A stretch of 64,000 nt of DNA from Paraspadella gotoi (taxonomy: Eukaryota; Animalia; Chaetognatha), in the NCBI GenBank assembly GCA_051294375.1, contig CM119270.1, positions 10,150,984-10,214,983 on the forward strand, read 5' to 3'. The translations under genes were made by a program, and so were the position numbers. Positions 53,069 through 64,000 of this stretch are shown piece after piece. The notes under the pieces are model-generated. The model was not told the origin of the DNA. It saw nothing but the letters and a program-made list of their open reading frames with translations, and made no database searches. Positions within the stretch are counted from its first letter, which is position 1, and the number at the start of each line of letters is the position of its first letter.

Positions 53069-54325
53069 CCCAGTGCTGATTCATCGGAAAAAAAACGAAT
53101 CTGCAGCTGACTCTGCAGGGGCTTATTCTTTTTCTCTCTTTTTTCCTGCTGCTTCTGCTGCTGCCTTTTGAGTCTGCAGCTGGCTCTGCAGGGGCTCTCT
53201 CTTTTTCTCTCTTTTTTCATGCTGCTTCTGCTGCTGCCTTTTTATTTCTTTCTTTTTCTCTCTCTCTCTCTCTTTCTGCGTTTTTATTAAAAAAAAAAAT
53301 TGAATTAGGATTGAACTCGTAAAATTAGGCATCGCATTTGTGCATGTTATTATTTCATTTTTTTTTCTCAGGGACTACGTCTGCTGATCATTTATTTTTT
53401 GACAATGAAAAAGTTTTTTTTTTTTCAGAAAGTAACTTTAATTTTCCTCAGTACTTTATTATTTTTTTTAATTGACAATCGCAAAATATAATTTTTTTTT
53501 CTGTTTATAAATTTTTTTTTTCTCAAATTTTATTTTTTTTAGTATCAAAATTGGTTGTCAATTCAGATTTTTCCTATGCGATTGCGACGATCCTTATGCT
53601 TTTTTATCGTCGCAATCGCTTAGCGTTTGCAACGATATTGTAACGCTTTTGCACATAAGTGGCGTCGTCGTCATCGTCATTATCGTCGTCGGTGTTCCAA
53701 ATTATAGATCGCCTTTTTTATGATTAAGTTTGAGTGTATGAAGCTGAAAATTAATATACAGCTTCTCATCATAGATGTGCTTAAAATTGAGTCTGGACAG
53801 TTATTAAATATGTTTTGTTTACGTTTTATCAAAACAAACAAATTTTCTCTCTTTTATTTTTATATTTCTTTCTCTCACTCTTTTCTCTTTTAATTACATG
53901 TCTCTCTCCCTCTTTCTTTTCCCTAGTCACTGATTCATAGGGAAAAAAATGAGTCTGCAGCTGGCTCTGCAGGGGCTTATTCTTTTTCTCTCTTTTCTCC
54001 TGCTGCTTCTGCTGCTGCCTTTTGATTTCTTTCTTTTTTTCTGGGTGCCTCTGCTGCCGCTGCTGATTCGTCCGAAAACGATTTGGCTTCCTTCTCTCTT
54101 TTTCTTTTTTTTTTCTCAGGGGCTGCGTCTGCTGATCAGTTTATTTTTTTCCTTTCTATTCTTTCTTTCCTTTCTATTCTTTCTTTATATTTATTCTTTT
54201 CTTCTTTTTCTTTCTGTTTATAAATTAATTTTCTTTTCTCAAATTTTTTTTAATATCAAAATTTGTCGTCAATCCAGATTTTTCTTATGCGATTGCGACG
54301 ATCCTTATGCTTTTGAGATTTTTTC
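52735..54325 (+). mobile_element. Head-to-tail tandem of two HINE family 2 copies
   Basis: The 3' end GATTGCGACGATCCTTATGCTTTT (53580-53603) is immediately followed by a 5' hairpin ATCGTCGCAA..TTGCAACGAT (53606). The second 3' end is at 54291-54325. Confidence 0.75.
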
Positions 54326-54994
54326 CATTTAAATTTCTTTCCACTTGGACAATTCCATTGAAACTTCATATCCATATCCCATATACACTAAGGCGTAGTG
54401 AAAGTTACATACGAAGTTCTGAAAAGTCAATTATGAAACAACCATACCATCAGTGACATTAATTTGTAAAAAAATAATTTTATGTTTTTTAATTTTCGCA
54501 GTAGCTATATTTATATATAGTACTATCCTTATAAAATTGAAAAATTTCAAAATAGGTCTTTTCTTAATTTTGATTGCAGATTTGATTCCTCGTCAAAAGT
54601 TGATAAAAGAAAATATAAATCATTTTTAAAAATTATTTCTCATAAGTGGTTTAAATTTAAAAAACTATAATTAAATATAAAAAAGTTAATTTTTAGCTTA
54701 AAATATAGCTTTTTCTAATTTTTGCCCCTTATAAAGGAATTTTTCAAAAAGAATTATATTTCTATCTATAAACTTTTTATGACAAATCCAAATCTGCAAA
54801 AAAATCTTAGAAAAAAATTGTTTTGAAATTTTAACATTTATTGGTTTAGTACTAGTATAAATATGGCCTACTGCGTAAATTGTAAAATTTATTCTAAATT
54901 TTTTTATTACATAAATGTTCATTAGTATAGTGTTGTTCATTCCTCACTTTTAGAATTTTAATTAAAGTTAAATTTAGCAATTTTACTACGCCTT

Positions 54995-55220
54995 CTGACC
55001 CACACAAAATTTCATTTTAATCCAATCCAATCCAATCACGAGTAATTGGAGTTTTTTGCTTAGGTGGGACGGACAGACAGACACATTTTTTTTTCATAAT
55101 TTATCATAATTCGATGTTCTGACATGATATAAGTGAATGCCCGACAAGATTGAGGAGGCGGACCGATGGGCCGACAAAGTGGATTTTTGAGTCGGGATCT
55201 GCTGATAAGTTCCGACTAAA
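54995..55220 (-). mobile_element. HINE family 1, 5' fragment
   Basis: GGGACGGACAGACAG core and degenerate terminal hairpin GTCGGGATCTGC..CCGACTAAAA. Confidence 0.6.
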
Positions 55221-55399
55221 AATAAAAGATTTTATTCCAATGCACTGTTCAGTAGAGGGGAACATGAACAAACAAGGATATTTAGACATAAGATGGTACA
55301 AAAAATCCAAAAAATACGAAGTACAAAAAATATTTTGCTTATATTTTTTGGGTATTATTAATTACAATACATTTATAGTAATATCCTTGTGTATAGACT

Positions 55400-55690
55400 T
55401 TCGATTTTGTTGTGTTTCGAATTTAGGGAGGAAAACAATTTATTTGTTTCGTTTCAACGAATTTTAGGACATTATTTTCGGACATGTTTCGACTCTACAG
55501 TTAGTCTTCATCAGCATTGTGACAATCAATAATTTTTCTCTTTTAACATTAAGTTAGAGAGAAGGAGAGAGAGAGTAAAAGGGAGAGTTTCCAACAAAGA
55601 ATTGAGAAAGGGATAGTGGTCAGATGTGAGGACAGGTAAAGGCAAGGACAGGGAAGAAGAAAGTCAGTTGAAATTTGAAATTGAGGGAAT

Positions 55691-55722
<32 letters not shown>

Positions 55723-55790
55723 GAGAGAGAGAAAATCGTTACATTTGGTAATGTACAACAATGAAAAATGAAAATAATTTAGCAAACTTA
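55400..55790 (-). mobile_element. Solo Penelope pseudo-LTR with hammerhead core (55479-55516)
   Basis: Minus strand CUGAUGA-AGACU(AACUGUAG)AGUC-GAAAC-AU-GUC. Shares GATAGTGGTCAGATGTGAGGACAG with the other pLTRs. Stem I is weak. Confidence 0.68.
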
Positions 55791-57462
55791 AAATTGAAAG
55801 CTCAATCAGCTTAAGATTAACATCCTTAACCGTTAATCATTAATAGTGCTAAATTGTGTTTAAGGTTTAAGCACAATATAATAATGATCTATAAATAGTG
55901 TTTAATTATGTTTCCATTTTTTTACTTCAGGCAAAGCTAACTAGCTATACACTACACTGTTTTTTTTTAACCATTCAGTCGAAAATTTTCACAATCCTGT
56001 ACAGTTTCTAGTATAATTTTAAGTGCTTAAAACGATTAACAAGGTGTCCTCAATCAGATTTTGCGTTAGACCTACGCACAATTGACCGGAAGTTGACGTT
56101 GACTACAATATGGAATTTTTCTCTTTTCTTTCATTCTTTAATAGTTTTATAAAAATAATAATTGCCTAAATTTTATGTTCCTCTCCTTATTTAATAGGTT
56201 TTACTTTAAAAATTTTTAAAAAAAAGGTTTTTACCCATAGTGGGCGTGTCCAAAACCGGAAATGATGCTCAAAAACTGATAAAATACGCAATATTAATAG
56301 TTTTTGTTATAATGGTTTATAATGGTTTTTTATNNNNNNNNNNCAAACTTAAAATTGAAAGCTCAATCAGCTTAAGATTAACATCCTTAACCGTTAATCA
56401 TTAATAGTGCTAAATTGTGTTTAAGGTTTAAGCACAATATAATAATGATCTATAAATAGTGTTTAATTATGTTTCCATTTTTTTACTTCAGGCAAAGCTA
56501 ACTAGCTATACACTACACTGTTTTTTTTTAACCATTCAGTCGAAAATTTTCACAATCCTGNNNNNNNNNNNNNNNNNNNNNNNNNNNNNNNNNNNNNNNN
56601 NNNNNNNNNNNNNNNNNNNNNNNNNNNNNNNNNNNNNNNNNNNNNNNNNNNNNNNNNNNNAGAAAAAATTTCAACAAAGATTTGAGAAAAGGATAGAGGT
56701 TGAGGTTAGGTTTAGGCCAGAGAGAGAGAGATAGATATTGAAAAAAAATTTTCACTGTTTAAAGAAAAATCATTGCTTGAACTACTTCAAACTCTTTCTA
56801 ATTCAAAAACGTGACAAAAGAAAGGATTTCACATAATGGTATAAATAATAATTTTTTCATTGCTGGATTAAAGGTTTTTTTTAAGGAAAAGAAAAGAAAA
56901 TTTTAAATCTGATTAACTTTTTGATGCATGGATATTGTTTATCTTTTCCTTTACCTGGAAAAACTTAAAAATAGGGTATTCCCTCTAAAGATTTACATAA
57001 AACTTTATGAAAAAAGGGTCTAACTTCCGGCTATAGTTTTTGAGCAAAAAAATGGTATGCCAGTAAAAAAATTACTGATGAAAAAAATTAAATTAGTAAA
57101 AGGTATTAAAAATTAAAACCAAGAATTGTTAAAATTAGAAAAGTCTCATTAATTGAATGAAATTGAAATGAAATTTTGAATATTTATAGTTAAAGTTTAA
57201 AGTCCTTTGGCTATTAAAAAACGAATCTTTTTAAGATGTAATAATTGATAAATATGATTGGATTTTTTTATGATATGGATGATAATCTTCTGTGATAAAG
57301 CTGTCATATAACAGAAAAAAAACATTAGCAGTCAGAATAGATCAAAAACATTTAATAATAATAGTTAATATGATTATCAAGGACTATTTCCGGTTTGGGA
57401 CACGCCCACTATTGATGAAAAGCCTTTATTGACATTTTTTGTCTAAGTACTACTTATTAAAT

Positions 57463-58179
57463 TGTAGTCGGGCATTGCCTAGGTTCACCCCGCCTAGAAT
57501 CATGACACTTTCAGTTGTGACCCGGTGGCTCATTGAGTAAAGCCATCAGCTCATGACCACTAGATACCGGGTTCAATCCCAACCCGGTACCCTACCCTGC
57601 GGGAAGGCGTGAGGAACGGCGCGCGGTTCCGCCTTGGGGTCATGGCAAACCCTCAAGCCTGGTTCCAAGCCCAGGGACCCGTTCCATGGCTGCAGAGGGG
57701 TTATAGAAGTTACGGACAGTCATCTTCAGCCCACGTAGCGCCTTATCCACACTGGTGAGCCCATCCTGTTCGAGCGTATTCCAACCTTCTGATTCCAGGC
57801 CTTGGTCTAGCTGAAGATTGCTCCCCTCCCTCCACTGGGAAGCAGTGCAGGGTGGGTTACAATCTGGGGGATGTAGTCGCCGGCAATGCCTAGGTTCACC
57901 CGCCTAGAATCATGACACTTTCAGTTGTGACCCGGTGGCTCATTGTGTAAAGCCATCAGCTCATGACCACTAGATACCCGGGTTCAATCCCAACCCGGTA
58001 CCTACCCTGCGGGAAAGGTAGAGAACGGCCGTAAGCCGCCTTGGAGGGCCTCATGGCAAACCCTCAAGCCTGGTCCAAGGCCCATTACCGTCCTCCAGGT
58101 GCTGCATGATCGGGGTTCTGACTAGAAGCTTAGCGTGACTATGTCGATCTTCAGCTTCATCTTCATCTTCTTATCCACA
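57463..58179 (+). mobile_element. Complete TRIM: LTR (57463-57751), PBS (from 57753), 120-bp internal region, PPT (57866-57871), LTR (57872-58179)
   Basis: Direct repeats with TGT...ACA ends. TGGTGAGCCC lies 1 nt after the 5' LTR and GGGGGA abuts the 3' LTR. 4-bp TSD AAAT. No coding capacity. Confidence 0.88.
57523..57580 (+). promoter_or_regulatory. tRNA-like Pol III internal promoter (A and B boxes) within the TRIM LTR
   Basis: GGTGGCTCATTGAGTAAAGC (A-box/D-arm-like), CTCATGA (anticodon-loop-like, CAT), CCGGGTTCAATCCC (B-box/T-arm). Conserved in all full LTR copies. Confidence 0.62.
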
Positions 58180-59125
58180 AAATAATTATTCTAATTGCAG
58201 GATTAGTAAATAACAACTGGCTAACTTTTCATTTGTAGTAAAAATAACAATTTCATATTGTAGTCCACGCCAACTTCCGGTAAATTGTGCGCAGGTCTAA
58301 TGCGAAATCTGATTGACGACACCTTGTTAATCGTTTTAAGCACTTAAAATTATACTAGAAACTGTACAGGATTGTGAAAATTTTCAGTGTAGTGTATATA
58401 TGTATATATATATATATTGATTGTAGTTTTTTATTTCTATTAATAGCATTGTGGTCCCTCTGCCCTTTACTTTAACACATTATAATTATAAATTTTTGGG
58501 TATATGTTATACACTAAGCATTAAATACTTATAATGACATTTTATAAAAATAAAACCTTGACGTTTTATGCATTAAACACTTTTTATACTAGATATTTTT
58601 TGTTTTTTACTTTAAACACTTTTTTACTTTTTTAGGTTTAACGATTAAAAAAAAATATTATGGGGTATATGTTATACACTAAGCATTAAGTTTTATGGAA
58701 AATAAAATCTTGACTGTTTATGCATTAAACACTTCATTTATGTTGCTTCTTGACATTTTTCGTTTTTTACTTTGCTTTGCTTTGCTTCCTTTTTATACTT
58801 GAAATTTTTCTTCTTTTTTTTTTCCGGTTTTATGATTTTTACATTTGATCCTTGAACGTTCTTGAATGTTATTTTTTATAGTTTCTTATGAATTAGTTCA
58901 TAACATTTATTAATGATTTTAAACGTTAGTGTCTTTTGTTTTTATTGAATTTCAATATGTAGGTTAGTTTTTTCTTGTTTTCCAGTCTTTTAATCTTTAG
59001 TTTCTTTTGTTTTTATTGAATTTCAATAAGTAGTTTAGTTTTCCAGTCTTTTACACTGTTACTGTTTATGATTATGTGAATACTGTTTTTGGTATTAAAT
59101 AATTTGTGTATTAAATAAAAAAAAT

Positions 59126-59780
59126 AAACAAGTTTGAGCAAACAATGTCGGATCTGCCCACAATCATTATCGGTAATTAATTAATTAATTAATTAAATAA
59201 TTAATTAATAAATAAATAATTAATTAATAATTAATTTATTCAAGTTAATTATTAGATTAATTATGCAATTAATTAATTAATTTGATCCAAAATGTATTTT
59301 TCTCTTAGATTGATTAATTAACTGATATAATAATTATTGATAAATTAATTGACTAATTGATTAATTAACTGATTAATTATTTGATTAATTAATACATCTT
59401 GCATTTACATTTAAAATAAAAAGAAAAAGAAGCATAATCAATTAGTGAAACAGGTTTCTTGTTTTTTCCATTTGAACTCATTTCCACTCAAATGATTCCA
59501 TCGAAACTTGATTTCAGTTTAATCACACACATTTCTACCCAAATACAAAATTTCAAGTCAATCGCCCATCCACTCATGAGTAATTGGTGTTCAAATAGTG
59601 AAATATATTTTTTTGTTTTTTCAATTTAAACTCATTTCCTACTCTGGACGATTCCATCGAAACTTCATATCCATTTCAATCACACACTTCCCTACCCACA
59701 GACAAAATTTCATTTCAATCCATCCATCCAATCACGAGAAATTGGTGTTTTTGCTAAGGTGGGACGGACGGACGAACGGA
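59126..59780 (-). mobile_element. HINE family 1 copy lacking its 5' end
   Basis: AAACAAGTTTGAGCAAACAATGTCGGATCTGCC 3' terminus, family-1 body, GGACGGAC tract. Confidence 0.7.
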
Positions 59781-60040
59781 GGGATGGAGTGATTGAGTGA
59801 TTGAGTGAGAGATTGACCAGATCTTGATTTGATAAGTTCACGTGTTGTTGTTGCCACAATATGTTATTAAAAATTTAAATGTCTTCATCCACGGCGTAAC
59901 CCTTTGTCGACTTGAACCCGACGAATTTTATATATTTTATTAATACCCATTCTGTATCTATTGATCATGAAATAATTGCTCACAATTAAATTCACTATAT
60001 TTTAAAAGATTATATGATTATTTTAATTTAATTCAAAATT

Positions 60041-60431
60041 TGTAGTCGGGCATTGCATAAGTTCACCCCGCCTATAATAGCCATAGCTGATGAAATTTAA
60101 ATCATGAGCATAGATTATGGTATTAAAATATTTTTTGTCAAAATGCTTTCTTCTGAGGGTACTTGCCTAATTAAAATTATTATATTATTATATAATGAAA
60201 AAAAATTAAAATCTTTGTGTAAATAAATTATCGTTGTTGACAATAAAAAAATATTCTTTTTCTTCTAATTTTAAAATCTAAAAATTTTTTTTATGGATTC
60301 TGATAGACCATAAAAAGTTTGAACATGTACTCAATGTAAATTTTTGTCTCATCCCATTAAGTGCAGCTATAAGCTATAAGCTATAAGAATTATACCTTCA
60401 GTTGTGACCCGGTGGCTCATTTAGTAAAGCT
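60041..60431 (+). mobile_element. 5' part of a TRIM LTR, interrupted by a ~300-bp insertion and truncated by the Gypsy element
   Basis: TGTAGTCGGGCATTGC..CGCCTATA, then an insertion with ATAGCTG/CAGCTAT ends, then TTCAGTTGTGACCCGGTGGCTCATTTAGTAAAGC running into the Gypsy LTR. Confidence 0.75.
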
Positions 60432-60706
60432 TGTGGCTATAAACATTATTTGTTTTGATTTGATTATTTAATTGTAGTTAATGTACTCATTACATTTGGA
60501 GAATTAAATAAAAGCATGATGAGAGAGAAACATTGTTTTAATGTTATTAACATGAGGTGAAACATTAAGACTGAAATCATTCAGTAAACAAGTACATGTA
60601 AACGTTTAATAAACAAAATGCTAAAAATAGTTGAGCCATCTCTAGTGGAGAAATATAATCATATAAAAACAAAAGATTTAGATCTGGCTAATCTTAATTG
60701 TCCACA
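60432..60706 (-). mobile_element. 3' LTR of the Ty3/Gypsy element
   Basis: Minus strand reads TGTGGACAA...ATAGCCACA, directly preceded by polypurine tract GGGGGA (60707-60712), downstream of the integrase stop. Confidence 0.78.
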
Positions 60707-60829
60707 TCCCCCGCTGTTGGAATATAATGGTATTAATATTTCCAACAAAAAATATAAATCGTTTTAAGTGTGGAAGAATGTTGATAAATATTCTACAATA
60801 TAAAATTTTGTACAAATGGTAATAAAGTT

Positions 60830-63800
60830 TCAGTTGTTGTTGTCCTTTTGTTGACGTTTTAGTAGTTCTTTTAATACTACTGCATATGTGGGACGATTTC
60901 CGCTGTTGTATGATCTCGCAAGTCTTGCACTACGCCTTAGGCTACACGTTGGCTCATCTTCTTTGACTTCGAGATTGTTGTTGTTGTTATTGCTTCCTTT
61001 TCCTTTTGACGGTGGAGTAGCTTCGCGTGTAGGCTGAAATGAAGGTGAAGATGGAAGCAAAGAGGGGGAATCAAGTAAGGGTGGGTCGGGGGGAAGATGG
61101 GGTCGATTTGGGGAAATCGAGATGGGGGGGAGAAGGAGGAGGAGGAAGAGGAAGAGAAAGCGGAGTGGCGCGGCGATTGTTCGAACGAGTTGTTCTCGTC
61201 GTTGGCGCTGGCTGCCTCGTCCTGCTTCCGGGTCTACGTCCTGGTGCCCTCTCCCGGCGTGTTTCCGGGTCTTCAACGCCGTGTCTTCGTCGCTCACCCA
61301 CGCCGGTTTGACTCGAGCGATGTTGACTGTCTGCCGACCGACGCTTGGGATGTCAATGGTCATATTGATTCCGTTTCGGTTGACGACGCGGAAAGGGCCT
61401 TCGTAAGGAGAGGTGAGAGAGGGTTGGACGCCTCCTCGTCGTAGGAACACGTATTTGGCCGAGTCTAGACTTGTCGGGAGATGCACAGCCGGCTGACAAT
61501 GGGCTGACGTTGGCGTTGGTTGAAGTCGTGCGACTTCCACTCGAAGCTTTGAGAGCTGAGTCCTTCGCTGACTATCTAGCGCATTGTCGTCAGTCTGTGC
61601 ATCGCCGAGTATACTTCCGGGGACACCAACTCCTTCGCCGAATACGAGGTCGGCCGCTGAGGCTCCTATGTCCTCCTTGATCGTAGTTCTAATTGCTAGA
61701 AGCGTTAATGGTAACTTCCAGTACCATTTTTCTCTTTCATCGTTTGCAAGTGCTACAAGTGACTCCTTCAACCTTCTGTGGAACCTTTCAACGAGGCCAT
61801 TCGCTTGTGGATGGTATGATGGTATCCAGGATGGTCGGGGTCAGAGTGTCACAAATGGGTATTGCTGCGGGCCATCTTGTGAATCTATCGACGATTGTGA
61901 GAAGGTGGGAGAATCCATTTGATCTCGGCATCTTGACTAGATCAAGGTTCAGGTGTTGAAAGCGGCGACTTGGGATTTTATATTCCCCGATTTCAGGCAC
62001 AGTGTGCTTTGTAATTTTTACCCGCTGGCATTCAAGGCATTCACGTGCCCATTGAGACACGTCTTGCCGCATTGAGGTCCAAACAAATTTTGCTGCAACT
62101 GCTTTCCTTGTTGCCTCAACTCCTGGATGGCCGAGGCCATGAATGATGTCAAAAATTTTTCGACGCCATGATTTGGGCACAAATGGTCTCGCTGGGCCGT
62201 TGGAAATATCCGCTAGAAGGTCCTGGTCGAAAACTCTGATATTCCTGAAGGTTAGGCCGGATCTGGCATCGTTGGCAATTCTTTGAAAATCGGGATCTAG
62301 TGCTTGTTCGTGTGCCATCTGTTCAAAATTTATTTCGAAGTTTGTGAGTGAAGCAATGACGGCATTGACGTCTTCAAGACAATCCAGTTTGATTGTCGGC
62401 TCCAGCTTCTCATTTACTACTACCGAAATTGCGGGATCTTTCGCCGAAAAAAACGCCAAGGGTTCCCAACCATTGGGACCTCTTTGCTCTAAGACGGCGC
62501 CCACCGCGTGGTCTGAAGCGTCTGTCGTAATGCAGAGTTGTGCTCCTGTGCGGGGATGGTAGAGAAGTGCTGCAGATATTAGGCCTTCTTTGATGGCCTC
62601 GAACGCCTTCTCACAGTCGTCCGTCCAGTCGAGCTTTTTGGGCTTGCCACTTAATGCCTCATAGAGTGGAGCGCAGCGATGTGCTACCCTAGGTATGAAC
62701 CTACGATAGTAGTTGATCATACCAAGGAAGCGTTGCAACTCCTTAATTGACGTTGGTCGCGTCGTCTCTTGAAGCGTTTGGACTCTCTCTGGCAAAGGTC
62801 GTACGCCATTCTTATCGACAAGGAACCCTAGAAACTCAAGCGACTCTTGGCCCAACAGACACTTCTTGGTGTTGACCACCAATCCATTGTCGTCGAGTGC
62901 CTTGAAGACCCGCTCGAGGTCTTCCAAGTGTTCCTCCGGCGATGACGACGCTACGAGGATGTCATCCAAGTATACAAAGGTGTGAGGAATATCACCTAGA
63001 ATTTCATCCATCAACCTTTGGAAATCTTGCCCGGCGTTCTTTAGACCGAATGGGCAACGCGGGAAGACGTACAATCCGAAAGGCATGATCACTGCCGTTT
63101 TTTTTATGTCATCGGGATTGACTGGGATTTGATGGTAGCCCTTGAGCAAGTCAATTTTCAAAAAAATTGTCTTGCCCTCCAATTGCGATTTGAAGTCCGT
63201 GAGGAGCTTGACCAGGTATCGGTCGTCGATGGTCTGGGCGTTGAGGCGCCACAGCATCTCCAGCCTCCATCGGGCTTTGAGACGACATGCAGCGGCGAAG
63301 ACCACTCCGACTTTCCTCGCTTCGCAATTCCTAGAGATACCATCTTTTCTAATTCCCTTTTCGCCACGGCCAGCTTCTCTGCATCAAGCCGGCGCGCTTG
63401 TGATTTGCAAGGGCGTCCTTCCGTTGGTAATCGAATGCGTAACGCCATGCTTTGGCTCCTGAAGCTGAAAAGTAGGCGTCGCTAATGAGGGGAACGAATC
63501 CAAAAGCTTGTAATATTTTTCGCCTTTTCTATCAACAAAATTGACGTGAACGGCGGTTTCCTTTGAAGTAGACGCCGCGATGGTAGAATAGTCTTGAAGG
63601 TCGATTAATAGGCCGTCTCGGTGATTTGGCGCCAGATAATTCTCTGCTAAGAAATCAGCGCCGAGAATATTTTGTCGAACGTCCGCTACTACAAAGTTGT
63701 AATCGAATTTTCGGTTTCCCAATCTCACCGTTTTTTCAACCTTTCCGTAGCAGTGAATTGACGAGCCATTTGCAGCTTGAAGCTTCATATGTGGGTCTGG

Positions 63801-64000
63801 GCCACGTTTTCTTTGCTGTGTAGTCGGCGGAACAATTGAGAGCAATGCGCCTCCATCTACAAGCCATTTGGTTCTGTTCCCGGCATCTCGGATGAAAATG
63901 AGATCGCTTTGCGCTGGTGAACAATTTTTCTCTGGGGGAACGGCGGCGTTCACTTGCGTCGTCCCCCTCGGGCATTTCCCTCTTTCTTCTGCATTTCGTC
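60830..64000 (-). pseudogene. Defective Ty3/Gypsy pol (protease-RT-RNase H-integrase), CsRn1-like
   Basis: Protease WLVDGGA..LQAANGS..ILGADFL; RT KIDLLKGYHQIP, PFGLKNAGQDFQ, YLDD; RNase H TTDASD..VGAVLEQ (rest deleted); integrase HGLGHPG..CLECQ, LTIVDRFTRWP, PYEGPF. Several frameshifts and deletions. Continues past the window end. Confidence 0.92.

Larger units (their letters stand above)
55950..58394. mobile_element. CACTA/EnSpm-like non-autonomous element with ~150-bp inverted ends, hosting the TRIM
   Basis: TA|CACTACACTG...CAGTGTAGTG|TA. 55981-56115 is inverted relative to 58252-58385. Contains N gaps; its left end is re-duplicated at 56344-56560. A related end occurs at ~33132. Confidence 0.6.

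Noticed and set aside
56344-56560. Direct repeat of 55783-56000
   Set aside because: An identical copy sandwiched between two N gaps, consistent with a scaffolding overlap.
57523-57590. Possible tRNA-Met gene (CAT loop)
   Set aside because: Acceptor and anticodon stems do not pair properly and the sequence lies inside a dispersed LTR. Treated as tRNA-derived promoter boxes.
60830-61300. env-like or extra ORF after the integrase
   Set aside because: Low-complexity Pro/Arg-rich integrase tail read across frameshifts, with no credible signal peptide or envelope features.

Overview
AT-rich, repeat-dense eukaryotic DNA, probably from an invertebrate metazoan, in a gappy draft assembly. One host gene can be reconstructed: a minus-strand, five-coding-exon PR/SET-domain C2H2 zinc-finger gene (PRDM2/RIZ-like, about 2105 aa; exons 30200-30413, 27776-27933, 27253-27493, 23565-25232, 10772-14808; splice phases all compatible). 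Two inverted partial copies of it (6527-10148 and 35478-43478) are frameshifted and adjoin N gaps, so they are most likely long-read or gap-filling artefacts. The rest is mostly transposons: Penelope-like elements with inverted pseudo-LTRs carrying minimal type I hammerhead ribozymes, three DINE-1/HINE-like (Helentron-associated) families, hAT-, Merlin-, Tc1- and CACTA-type non-autonomous elements, satellites, and a defective CsRn1-like Ty3/Gypsy element. The most interesting item is a ~720-bp miniature LTR retrotransposon (TRIM: LTR-PBS-internal-PPT-LTR, 4-bp TSD, plus solo LTRs) whose LTRs contain tRNA-like Pol III A/B boxes. It is a possible tRNA analogue of plant Cassandra, and its polypurine tract matches that of the Gypsy element in this window. 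Most short ORFs in the track are microsatellite or antisense artefacts. No database searches were run; family assignments rest on motif recognition.
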